A stretch of 64,000 bases of DNA from Eukaryota sp. TZLM1-RC (lineage: Eukaryota; Protista; Metamonada: BaSk clade): assembly GCA_040285825.1 (NCBI GenBank), contig JAUPSS010000001.1:992001-1056000 (forward strand). Direction: 5' to 3'. Below, piece after piece: positions 47,553 to 57,172 of the stretch. Every line of letters starts with the position of its first letter. The stretch's first letter is position 1. The position numbers and the translations under genes were made by a program. Below the pieces are notes generated by a model that saw only the letters and a program-made list of their open reading frames with translations, ran no database searches and was not told the DNA's origin.

Positions 47553-49877
47553 TCAAAAGTATTCATAATCTTTACCTACAAAGTCACGGAAAATATCAAT
47601 CACATACCTTTCAGCTGAATACTGAATCCACCATGGAAAACAGGATAATTCTGCTAAATATTCATTCTTGATTAGTGTAACAGATTTAATTAAACCTTGA
47701 TTAATAAGTTTTGTTGGAGATAGGGTAGAACCTGACAGACTGTCTTCATCAGGGGCAATCACTTGAATGAATTTCAAAGAAGGAAAGTTTTGTTCAGTGA
47801 TATTGCCGGGAACATAACCATGAATTAACAACTCCTTCAAATTAAACAACTGGATTTCATTATCAGCAGGATCATCCAACTGAAACTCAAACCTGAAAAT
47901 AGTTTGGCTCAAGGCTATTTGACTTGCAAAAATATTATAGGAAATAGCATCATATAATGCCACCAATTCGATCAATGATGTGAGATAGCTTAAATCGGAA
48001 ACTTCAATGTAATCGGGACCAAGTACTAACTTCACTAGTGAAGTGGGTAATGGTTCTATTTCGAATGCATTAGTAAGCTCTAGACATTTGAGTTTTGATA
48101 ATTGGGGTATATTTAGAGATAAAATCTTTGTGTGTGCTGGACCTCCAGCAAGCTTAATAACCTCAACATTTGGGAACAAAGAAAAGAATTGTGGATCATA
48201 CTCGACTGTGTCAAGATCATCATAGTAAACATCAAGTTTTTTAATTCTAGTATTAATTACTGTAGGACCACTATAACCAGTAACAAATCGCAATTGTAAT
48301 TCACAAATATTTTCATTTAAATTGAAATCTTCAGGATCTTTTAAAAACATCTTGTTTCGAAAAGGATGAACATTAAACACCTCTTGAGCAAATTGAGCTA
48401 CCCTTTTACTAATACCACATTTGGTGTAGAAAAACCCTTTAAAATATGGGTGATATTCATAGACCTCTTGTAAATAATTTAAATATTCCCAATAAACAAG
48501 CTTAATAAGACAACTAAACATTCTATCCAAAGGTTGTTTTGGATATTGCAAAATTTTAAAATATTCATCTCCAAAAACTTTTACAGGTCGATGTCGATGA
48601 ATCCAATCACCTGTACCTAATTGACCTTTATCGTTCCTTCCCCAAGCCCAAACAGTGTTTTCGTTGTAAGCAAAAAGGAAGTCATCACCTACAGAAAAAC
48701 CTTCTATATTGGTTAAAGCTTGAACACGAATCGGTTTATCACAATCTTCAAAATCTTCAAAATCTTCACTCATTCTTCTTAAACTACCCCAAACAAAAAC
48801 TTTACCATCACTATCAATAGCAGTGAATATACCACGACATCCATTAATAGAAACTACATTGCTTAACCCTGGAACTTTGGTGGGTTTGTTTTTGAAAGGA
48901 TCTTTATCATCCCCCTTGTTGAACTTCCATACAACACCATTAGTGTCAATTATAAATAGGTAAACATTATTCCAAATACCTCCAATTGATGAAAGAAAAC
49001 CCTTGAATGGTTCTCTAGGAGTGAAATACTGATTTACTGGTATCTGAAAGAAATTAATTTCATCACAGTAGAAATAATTACCAACAGAATCAATTGCGAT
49101 AAATGCATCACCATCAACGCAAAGGAAATCAATATTGTCTAACCCTTCAATTACTTCAAATGATTTTCCCTCTCCCCACTTAACAACTTGACCTTCTTTG
49201 GTCAAAGCTAACGAAAAACAAGCCCCACTATGGATTTGATTCATATTGTAAGGAATTTGTATTGGGGTGATTGGTAGAGATTGAATACTGGACATATTGA
49301 TCTGATTAAATCTATTGCAGCCCCAACCATACAGGTTGCCGCTAGAAGAAATGGCAAGGTAATGACTGAGGCCAGCAGAAATAGAAGTAATGTTAGCTAG
49401 AGGTAATTTGATTGGTGATTTGATTGGTGATTTGATTGCATCCAATCCTTGAAACACAACTTGACCACAATCATTGTCCCCCCAACCATAAACCTCACCT
49501 GAATAAGTGAGTAGAAGTGTATGTGTGGTACCACTAAAAATAGACTTTACTCCAACCAATGGATCCGATCGATTGGGGTAAGTCGACGTGTCAGGAAAAT
49601 TACTGTTTGAAAGCAATTGTTGCAGTGAAGGAGAAGTAGTGGAGAGAGAGTTGGATGTGTGGTAGCAAGGATGAGGAGAACAAGAGGCAGACCGTGATAA
49701 ATCTGCCTGAGCAGAGAAAACATGGTGAAGCGGTTGCGAGGTGCGGGTGTTGTTGCAATGAAGTCCATCAATCTCCCCTATAATTGATCGGGGATTTGAA
49801 TTGGAAGATGCACTTGACGAGTGTTGGTGGATGTCTTCTGTATCAGAAAAGTACGGCGCATATTGGTTGTAAGACAT
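47553..49877 (-). CDS. RCC1-repeat protein with LRR-like C-terminus
   Basis: Repeated SG..HTLLL..GEVYGWG.N..GQ, AG.SH..AI..G.LYGWG and VWAWGRNDKGQLG blades; C-terminal LPTSLVKL / LSYLTSLIEL motifs. Confidence 0.88.
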   Translation of the reverse strand: MSYNQYAPYFSDTEDIHQHSSSASSNSNPRSIIGEIDGLHCNNTRTSQPLHHVFSAQADLSRSASCSPHPCYHTSNSLSTTSPSLQQLLSNSNFPDTSTYPNRSDPLVGVKSIFSGTTHTLLLTYSGEVYGWGDNDCGQVVFQGLDAIKSPIKSPIKLPLANITSISAGLSHYLAISSSGNLYGWGCNRFNQINMSSIQSLPITPIQIPYNMNQIHSGACFSLALTKEGQVVKWGEGKSFEVIEGLDNIDFLCVDGDAFIAIDSVGNYFYCDEINFFQIPVNQYFTPREPFKGFLSSIGGIWNNVYLFIIDTNGVVWKFNKGDDKDPFKNKPTKVPGLSNVVSINGCRGIFTAIDSDGKVFVWGSLRRMSEDFEDFEDCDKPIRVQALTNIEGFSVGDDFLFAYNENTVWAWGRNDKGQLGTGDWIHRHRPVKVFGDEYFKILQYPKQPLDRMFSCLIKLVYWEYLNYLQEVYEYHPYFKGFFYTKCGISKRVAQFAQEVFNVHPFRNKMFLKDPEDFNLNENICELQLRFVTGYSGPTVINTRIKKLDVYYDDLDTVEYDPQFFSLFPNVEVIKLAGGPAHTKILSLNIPQLSKLKCLELTNAFEIEPLPTSLVKLVLGPDYIEVSDLSYLTSLIELVALYDAISYNIFASQIALSQTIFRFEFQLDDPADNEIQLFNLKELLIHGYVPGNITEQNFPSLKFIQVIAPDEDSLSGSTLSPTKLINQGLIKSVTLIKNEYLAELSCFPWWIQYSAERYVIDIFRDFVGKDYEYF

Positions 49878-49894
49878 TGATTCAACGAAAACCA

Positions 49895-50835
49895 GATCAT
49901 GTCAAAATCACATGAAATTGTTTCCTATTTAGAATAGGGTGACCAAGTTCAGTTCAGTTCAGTTCAGGAAAATTTTTGGAACCTGAACTGAACTGGACCA
50001 CTGTCCCTATGAACTTGAACTGAACTGGACCAGTTCCGAACCGGTATAATTAAAGAATAGTCTTTTTAAAAAAAATTATTTTGAAAATAATACAAGTAGA
50101 GTTCTCATTTCGCGGAGATGACACATTAAGGTTCCATTTCCGGTGTTTTTACAACAGGGATTGGCATTTCGTTCACAGGTAGTATCGTCACAAACGGACA
50201 AGACCATTTGGGAGACAGGTCACATATTTCAAAGCCCAGGACCTGTTGGGTTAGAAGATTTTGTGTGTTCTTCCATAGAAATAAAACGAAAGATGTCTAA
50301 TACAAAATTTTAACTTTGATTTGACAGTTTGAAAAACCAAATTAAACAAAAATTAATCATATATTGATTAATTACTGGTTGTATTCATTTATTTTCTGTC
50401 AACGCAATAACTGAATACAAGTTATAAGGAGTAGTAGAATAACAAGCTGAGACATTGGGTGAACTGGTTCAGAACCAGTTTAAACTAGTTCGCAACCTGA
50501 ACTTATCATTCTTGAACTGAACTGAACTGAACCAGTTCAAGAAGTTCAGAACCAGTTTCGAACTCAACCTAAACATTTCTAATTTAGAACCAATACTCTC
50601 CCGTTTGGTTGATGAAGATACTTTGAATTCTTTTGGTCCGAAATAGGGTTGATTTAATGCTTGAAGGTCTTGAAGGTACTACCAATATTGCGGATCTGAG
50701 ATCCGCTGATGTGTGTAATGATTCTCTTATTCCAATGACTCAATCAAAATATAAGGACTCCTTATCTCTTTCCGAAAAATCCAAAATTGAGAAATATAAA
50801 GCAAAATTGTTGTCATTGTCTGAAAGCTGCTGAAT
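49895..50835 (+). mobile_element. RLE retrotransposon fragment interrupted by the hAT-like insert
   Basis: Removing 49935-50589 gives contiguous MSKSHEIVSYLEPILSRLVDEDTLNSFG, followed by NRVDLMLEG..D..KIEKYK, homologous to MCKSHHIEAFVEPLL..FGKRRADL. Confidence 0.8.
49935..50581. mobile_element. Non-autonomous hAT-like element (647 bp) with 8-bp TSD and subterminal AGTTC/GAACT repeats
   Basis: Starts TAGGG and ends CTA; ATTTAGAA is duplicated at 49927-49934 and 50582-50589. Both ends are rich in (AGTTC)n/(GAACT)n. Confidence 0.85.
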
Positions 50836-50844
50836 ATTTAAGGT

Positions 50845-52150
50845 CAGTTTTTGTCATTGAACTGAAATAAAATCAATAAATGAATTTCCAGCTAAAAAAA
50901 ATGAATAAAAACATGAACGAAATGAGGAGCAAAGAGGCTGAAAAAAGTGAGCGATGAAGAACAATTACTATGGGTCAATAATCAAGAAGTTTTCATAATA
51001 TCTGATGTCTTTGGGCTATTTGAGAAAAAATGAATTTTATATGCAAAATTTTTTTGTTGCTTCATGGGCGAAAAACCTCAAGGGACGTTGAAATTTACTG
51101 ATCATTGTGACAATATTAACTTCTTTGATACGAAGGAAGAACTATTATTATTTTTTGTTCAATTTGTAACTCATCACAAACCTGGTGTTTTGATGGGTCT
51201 TAATTCTATAAAATTTGATGTTCCAATATAATGCATCAGGTTGGAAATTTATGGAAACGCTTTCCCAAAATTAAGGGGATCCGAAGATATTTAGTCGTTT
51301 TTTATCCGTTTTTGACAGAAAGTTCCCTCTAATTTCAATGGTTTAAATATCTGTAATTCATTTATGTATGCTAAAAAATTTATTACATAAAAGTTGAATA
51401 AATCCTTGAGATCTCTTAGTTGGTTCCTGTCAAATGAGTCTAAAGGGTATCTTCATGATACATTTAAGAACCTTTTACCAATTGATTGTTTTATAAGTAT
51501 ACCTCAAGATACCATTAATTATTGTTTCAGAGATAGTGTGCTTGGTTTAAAATTATTATTTTAAAATAATTAAAAGACCAACTTAAAAGAGATCAACAAT
51601 ATAAGTGGCTGAGATTAACAGAATTGGAGTGGTCAAGGGCATCGAGATTTCTTCAAAAATTCAGAAAATTCAAAAGAAAAGAGTAGATTATACACAATGA
51701 AATCACAGTGGAAGAAACAGAAGCTACACTATCAAAAGAATCATTAAAAACTTCCATTTATAATATTTTCTAGTCTTTTGTTGCTTCCAGTCTGGTGAAC
51801 ATAATAATTACATTTGATTACTACTGTTCAATAATATGGGTCATTCAAAAAATGTCCAACTTGCGATAACCCAGTAAATATATTTCTTGATGTTGAGAAT
51901 CCTAGACCACGGATGAGAGAGAAATATCCTATTGTGAAATGTCATGCTTTGTTAAGATGTGGATCTGATGTTTGTAGAGGAGAATGTGATGGAAAGGATC
52001 AGGTGTGGAGTCGAAACAAGTTAGCTTGTATCAACATCAAGGCAATTGTAGATTTTTTTGTAGAGGATAGTGATGGTGATAGGCCTCCATATTTGTCTTA
52101 AGTTATATCTTTTTACTACAGTAAATCTGAAGCAATTTTGGATATTTGCA
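50845..52150 (+). pseudogene. Degenerate, internally deleted DEDDy exonuclease-Fanzor copy (copy C)
   Basis: DEEQLLWVNNQEVFIIS, GVLMGLNSIKFDVP, FMYAKKFI..SLRSLSWFL..LHDTFKNLLPID..NYCFRD (exonuclease), then YKWLRLTELEWSR, SKKCPTC, CHALLRC..C, WSRNKLACINI, RPPYL (Fanzor). Confidence 0.85.
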
Positions 52151-52548
52151 TTCAATCTATCAATTGGTTCTGGAAATTCTTTTATTATTATTTTTCTCAT
52201 AGTTTCTAGAACCTCATCATCAAATCCATTAATCGCAGACAACAAAAGGACATAATAAATAAAAAAGAAATACACTCAAAAAAGTTAATTGTTATTGATC
52301 GAAGATGGACCAGTGGAAAAGAATAGCAAGACTAAATCATTGAAAACGTCTTCATGCCTCCCTTTTTAGAGATCAAGCTGTGGAACAAGACTTGTCTGGT
52401 CCTTGTTGCCAAATGTATCTATTGCAGGTTGTAGCTGGTCATTAATGGATGATTTAAAAGGATGAATTTGTCCGGATTGATCCCGTAATTAAGTAAAAAC
52501 AATATTGAAAGCTTCTTTTTTGCTGGGTCTGTAACTTGGATTATTGTA

Positions 52549-52595
52549 TGGCGTATGCCAACTATGACTAGATTTTACTAGTCAGTAAAAATGAA
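52549..52595 (-). ncRNA. Candidate omegaRNA scaffold downstream of Fanzor copy A (true boundaries unknown)
   Basis: Sense strand after the stop reads TTTTACT-gact-AGTAAAA-TCTAGTCATAGT-TGGC-atac-GCCA. The same two-hairpin layout occurs at 58763-58810 with a compensatory pair, and the first hairpin also at 52110-52127. Confidence 0.55.
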
Positions 52596-54629
52596 CTAAG
52601 TTCTAAGATAAACAGGCCTACCTTCTTCACCGGATAACCAGTGATCAAATACATTCAACATATTCAAACAAGCCATCTTGTTCCTATTCCAATACTTTGC
52701 CTTGACTGCTTCTCTACTTTCTGACTTTTTACATCGTGCTTTTGCATCATTAATACACTGAGAACTTCTACATTCCAAAAGCCCATGAGGAAATTTGAAC
52801 GGTGTTTTTTCAGCACTTTTAGGAATTGGATTCCTTGTTTTGATAGTTGTTTCAAACACTTTTTCAAAGCAAGAAGGACACTTTGAAGAAGTATGGCTTT
52901 CATCAATTAGAACAGTTTGAAAACCTCGTCTAAGAAAACAACTTATCCATCTATTGGAAGGAGTTGGGGGACTATGTTTGAGATTACTGATTGGTTTACG
53001 ACCCAAGTCCCCAATACACAATACCATTTTGTCTTTACCACCGAATGTTGTCAATAACTTGTTCACAATTCTTTCTTCAGTTTTTTGCCTATGGATATAA
53101 CTTTGGATATTATGTATCCTCCATAAGGGTAAACTATAAAATTGTTTCACTGCATTGTAGTGTTTACACTTGGCCAACATAAACTCTCTGAATTTGTGGT
53201 AATCAACAGTTTTTGAATCATGATCACGTAACCACGAATTCCATTCCTCAATGGTCATTGTCTGGTCTTCAATATTACCATTATTTTGTCTAACACAAAA
53301 TTGTAACACTTGTTTGTGTTTTCTATTGAGACGTGACCATTCACCATATGTTAGCCTCATCCATTCATATTTTTTCAGTGGATTTGAATTGGATTCTTCC
53401 GACTGTGCTCCAAATTGAATTAAATCTCTCTTTCCAAGATCACCAAAAACCACATTTTTATCACTATAATCTTCAGGATCAAGGTGATCAAAATAAGAGA
53501 CTGATACCTTGGCAATATTTGAATCAGGTTTAAAGGTTAATCCTGCGAGATCTTTTCTCACAAACTGAAAACAAATACTAATACCATTGGTTACTGCGTA
53601 ATTATTGAATTTGAAACCATTTTTTTTGAAAGATTTGTTATTAGTGTTGAACCATCTGTTCCAATAAGAATTCTGTTGATTGTGAGTTAGACTACCAATA
53701 TCAGACATACACATATAATTTTGGACTTGTTTAAATCGAGGTTTACCATCTAAATTACCCATAGCATTTTTCCCAATACCGCACAATGTTCGCGTGTCTA
53801 TTGGAAAGTATCCAGGTTTACTACCCATATTAAGTGGAATGACATTAAACAATTTTGCTTCAATTCCTTCTAAATATTGAATTATTTGAAATGATGGTTT
53901 CAGAAAATGTAAAGGATACTTTTCAAGGGTGTATTGCAGTATTTTAACTTGCACATTTTCTGTTCCATTGCCCTCATTAATTTGGATAATATTTGGGAAA
54001 ATTATAGACATCCAGTGCTCCAATAATAATGTAACACCTTCTTCCATCAAATAATTTGTGGTTTCAAACACAACATCGGTTGTAGAATCATCAAAATATT
54101 TAATAACTTCTTGTAAAAAATATACATTAGATGGGTGATCAGAATTTCCAAAATTTTGCAAGTAATTAATTAATTCATCTCGCTCCCCACCAGTCATAAA
54201 ATCCTTCACAATTTTCAAACGAAATCTAAAGAAACTGAGAAATCTTTGGCGTTGCATATAATTCAAATATTGCAAACTATCTGGAAGAACTTCCGTCCAA
54301 TTTTCCTTCATTAGATCTTCCAAATCTTTTTTTCCCATTATATGATTAATGAACCTTTTGATATATAAATGATAATTTCTTTTGATATTCAGTTCAAAAG
54401 CAGGCCACATTTCATATTGACTCATGTATTCAAATGATCTATTTACATGGTTATAATCTAGTCTAGGCATATGGCAAATTGATGAAGTGTCGGTGTATTC
54501 AGTAACACAATGGCGATACCCAGGGAATTCAGAGTTGTTATCATAAGTTCCTAACCCAAAAATAAAGTTGTTCAAATCATCACTTAACGTTGGTATTGGT
54601 TTATCGAATGCTAATTTAAACCGATGCAC
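52596..54629 (-). CDS. Fanzor1-like (TnpB family) RNA-guided nuclease body, copy A; continues ORF 54616-56424 across a 1-nt frameshift
   Basis: FNNYAVTNGISICF (WED), VFGDLGKRDL (RuvC-I), LCIGD..PPTP, LIDESHTSSKCPSC (shifted RuvC-II Glu plus CxxC), HGLLEC..C, WNRNKMACLNM (RuvC-III), RPVYL. Confidence 0.92.
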   Translation of the reverse strand: MHRFKLAFDKPIPTLSDDLNNFIFGLGTYDNNSEFPGYRHCVTEYTDTSSICHMPRLDYNHVNRSFEYMSQYEMWPAFELNIKRNYHLYIKRFINHIMGKKDLEDLMKENWTEVLPDSLQYLNYMQRQRFLSFFRFRLKIVKDFMTGGERDELINYLQNFGNSDHPSNVYFLQEVIKYFDDSTTDVVFETTNYLMEEGVTLLLEHWMSIIFPNIIQINEGNGTENVQVKILQYTLEKYPLHFLKPSFQIIQYLEGIEAKLFNVIPLNMGSKPGYFPIDTRTLCGIGKNAMGNLDGKPRFKQVQNYMCMSDIGSLTHNQQNSYWNRWFNTNNKSFKKNGFKFNNYAVTNGISICFQFVRKDLAGLTFKPDSNIAKVSVSYFDHLDPEDYSDKNVVFGDLGKRDLIQFGAQSEESNSNPLKKYEWMRLTYGEWSRLNRKHKQVLQFCVRQNNGNIEDQTMTIEEWNSWLRDHDSKTVDYHKFREFMLAKCKHYNAVKQFYSLPLWRIHNIQSYIHRQKTEERIVNKLLTTFGGKDKMVLCIGDLGRKPISNLKHSPPTPSNRWISCFLRRGFQTVLIDESHTSSKCPSCFEKVFETTIKTRNPIPKSAEKTPFKFPHGLLECRSSQCINDAKARCKKSESREAVKAKYWNRNKMACLNMLNVFDHWLSGEEGRPVYLRT

Positions 54630-56424
54630 TTTTGAAGAAAAATTTTTTCAAACATATCATTGTGTGATAGAATAGTTTGTAGTCAAAATTTGTCAAATCT
54701 TCGTTCTTCATGAATTTGACTAAAAGATACTGTTTGACACAAAATGAAGTTTGTTGTCTCACAGCAGTCATTACCTCAGATGCTATAAGTAACTCTTCTT
54801 GTAATTCTCTATACCTTGCTGTAGATGAAACAGAGGTCTTTACTGTAGACCATGACTGATTTATTATTTTATCCCTTTGGAATAGAATAAATAATTTGAA
54901 AACAAGAATTGCATCCTGAAGACAATAAGATCCTAATGTTCTCAATGCCTTATTTGAATAGAGGCTATCAATAGGTAATAAATTTTTAAACTCATCATGA
55001 AGTTTAAGTTTTGTTTCAGCAAGTAAATGGTATGCTAAATTGTTCAATGAAGCTCCATATCTAATTTTAATGAATTTTCTGGCAAACAAAAAAGTGTCCA
55101 AAATAGTGAAATTTTCATAAAACTGAATTACTTCTCTCCAACGTCGATGAAGATATAATTCATTTAGACTTATTCTTTGGGACAAAATTGGAAAAGCGAT
55201 TCCAAAATGTGATAATCGCACAGCCAACACAGGTAAATCAAAATTAAAAATATTATGGCCTAAGAAACCAACAATTTTTTTATCATAAGTGAATTCTGCA
55301 AATGACTTCAATAGATGTTGTTCATGATCAAATTTATTCAATGAGACATCAAAAACTGGTTTGTTATCATTGGTCCATGATAACACTCGTCTCGTTCCCT
55401 CTAAATTAGCAACATAATTTATACTCGAGGAATGGAAAATAGTATCCCCATTATGGTCAATTTCAAACAAAATCATAGAAATCATTAAAATTTCATGCCG
55501 TTCTAAAAAAACCTGTTGTTCTAACAATTGCTCATCTTCAGTCATTTGGCGACGTCGCTCTGACTGTGATTGCTTTTGTTGAGCTCGCAAATTGTCTAAA
55601 GTTTTATTAATATCTTTTTTCTTGGTTATTTCAACACCAATTTCCTTGGTTTCAATATCAATTGAACAAATAAGAGGGCGATCAGAGGTACTAACTTCTT
55701 GATTAAGGACAGGATCATCAATAAAAGGTTTCTTTTTAACCTTTTTCTTCTTTCCTCGAATCACATCAATTTTTTTAAATTCATTAACACTTGAAACAGA
55801 AGATTTAGGTGCAACAAGATTTTGAAAATCTCTGGGTTTCTGAGGCAGTTCAGTACTACCTCTACTTTGGACAAACCTACGTCGACTCCTCTTTGATGAA
55901 TTTTCGGCCGGAATCGGAAATCTTTGACTGTTTCTTAATGATTTTGAATAACCCAATGATTTTCTAATTTTGTTATATTGGGTCCTACGTTGTATTGGGG
56001 TCAAGGATGAATCTTTTCCAATTTGGGATAGTGTTGAAGGTTCTTGTTGCACGCTGTCTTGCTGATTGGAAGAAATCACGGCAGAAGTGATTGGTCTCAT
56101 AATTTTTACAGAAAAAACAACCTTTGTGGGAACAACAGACGATGATGATCGTCTGACAGTTTTTGAAGGTGGGGTTGATTCCACTGATGACTTTCTCTTT
56201 TTGGGCTGACAATATGGACCAGGGTTCGCCTCTACATCACCATGTTCTGTGAGCAACTGTTGTTTCAATGCTGCGCGGAACTGATATACATTGACTGAAA
56301 TATTGGCTGTTTCCGTCAACATCTCGTTTAAAGAAACAAAGTTGTGATGATTTTCTATAAAGTACTGTACATATTTCAAACAAAAAATTCCACAATCATT
56401 CACACTTTGAAGCATTTGTAACAA
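54616..56424 (-). CDS. Polyprotein segment: Ulp1-protease C-terminus - 2A - basic linker - PolB-type DEDDy exonuclease - Fanzor N-terminus
   Basis: QSVNDCGIFCL; HGDVEANPGP; PKKRK; ExoI SIDIET, ExoII GHNIFNFDL, LDTF..SLNNLA, ExoIII YCLQD; then TVKTSV..EVMTAVRQQTSFCVKQYLL, resembling the Fanzor1 first WED strand and REC helix. Confidence 0.85.
   Translation of the reverse strand: MLQMLQSVNDCGIFCLKYVQYFIENHHNFVSLNEMLTETANISVNVYQFRAALKQQLLTEHGDVEANPGPYCQPKKRKSSVESTPPSKTVRRSSSSVVPTKVVFSVKIMRPITSAVISSNQQDSVQQEPSTLSQIGKDSSLTPIQRRTQYNKIRKSLGYSKSLRNSQRFPIPAENSSKRSRRRFVQSRGSTELPQKPRDFQNLVAPKSSVSSVNEFKKIDVIRGKKKKVKKKPFIDDPVLNQEVSTSDRPLICSIDIETKEIGVEITKKKDINKTLDNLRAQQKQSQSERRRQMTEDEQLLEQQVFLERHEILMISMILFEIDHNGDTIFHSSSINYVANLEGTRRVLSWTNDNKPVFDVSLNKFDHEQHLLKSFAEFTYDKKIVGFLGHNIFNFDLPVLAVRLSHFGIAFPILSQRISLNELYLHRRWREVIQFYENFTILDTFLFARKFIKIRYGASLNNLAYHLLAETKLKLHDEFKNLLPIDSLYSNKALRTLGSYCLQDAILVFKLFILFQRDKIINQSWSTVKTSVSSTARYRELQEELLIASEVMTAVRQQTSFCVKQYLLVKFMKNEDLTNFDYKLFYHTMICLKKFFFKSASV
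56215..56241 (-). other. 2A/StopGo ribosomal skipping motif 2 (GDVEANPG/P)
   Basis: Matches the D(V/I)ExNPGP consensus, in frame within ORF 54616-56424 and preceded by LKQQLLTEH. Confidence 0.9.
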
Positions 56425-57172
56425 AAATGAGATTATATTTGAACATCCCCATTAACCAATTATTATCAAAAGAAAAATGTATTTGTTCGAATTCACCTCA
56501 ACTCACTTTGCGCCATGCTCTAAATTGCTCTAAATTGATAACTTATCGTTCTTCATTACATGATGCTGTTAGAGACACTGTTTTCAATATGGCACAAACT
56601 GCAAGGATATCGTGTATCCAAGAGCCCCTGCTGAAAGAAACACTTTCTCTGAATAATTTTGGTTCTGATGATAGAGGTGATGTATACTGTGATTGGATTG
56701 ATAATTCTGAAGCTATTGTTGACTTTGTCTCATGTAATGTTGCAAACGATACTTTGGTTCACAGAAGGAAACTTAATCCTGTGGCTGCTCTGGATTTTAA
56801 AGCAAAAGAAAAACATAGAAAATATGATAAAGAAATTGAAGATGCAAATATCGATAGAAATACACAGCTGGTTTTTATTGCTTTTCCATTTTCGATAAAT
56901 GGAAGATTATCAGTTGAAGCAGAAACTTTTTTGGATGACTTCCAAAAAATGGTTAAAGAAAAAACAATGAAAAGATTTGATATTTTTTTATGGCGTTCAC
57001 GGATTCAATTTGCCATTATTAATAGATTACCGCGGTTTTTCAATCGAATTAGAGAAGCTTTAGCTAGACAGCAAGCAAATCAAGATTTTGTAGAGGAAAT
57101 CTTGGTTTAATGATAGTCGTCCCATTAGTTATGATTTTATTTAATCAAGTGTGCAAATTCAATAAATTAGTA
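56425..57172 (+). mobile_element. 5'-truncated RLE retrotransposon (distinct subfamily) inserted antisense into the protease domain
   Basis: CICS..HALNC, HDAVRD, DRGD..VDF, KEKHRKY, FPFSINGRL, LWRSRIQF. It sits exactly between the His/Asp half and the Cys half of the protease. Confidence 0.92.

Noticed and set aside
49935-50581. CRISPR-like array in the AGTTC/GAACT region (also considered for the 84-bp LRR repeats)
   Set aside because: There is no constant repeat with unique spacers; the repeats are explained as transposon subterminal repeats and coding LRR units. Eukaryotic context, no cas genes.
52525-52548. Matches of the putative Fanzor guides to targets within the window
   Set aside because: Only short AT-rich matches of about 8 nt were seen by eye, which is not significant; a genome-wide search is needed.
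54630-54655. Canonical -1 programmed frameshift
   Set aside because: The required shift is +1, and AAATTTT is not in the X-XXY-YYZ phase of the upstream frame. A homopolymer indel is simpler.
54616-56424. Full family-B DNA polymerase (Polinton or virus)
   Set aside because: Only the exonuclease motifs are present. No DxxSLYPS or YGDTDS polymerase motifs, and no capsid, integrase or packaging ATPase nearby.
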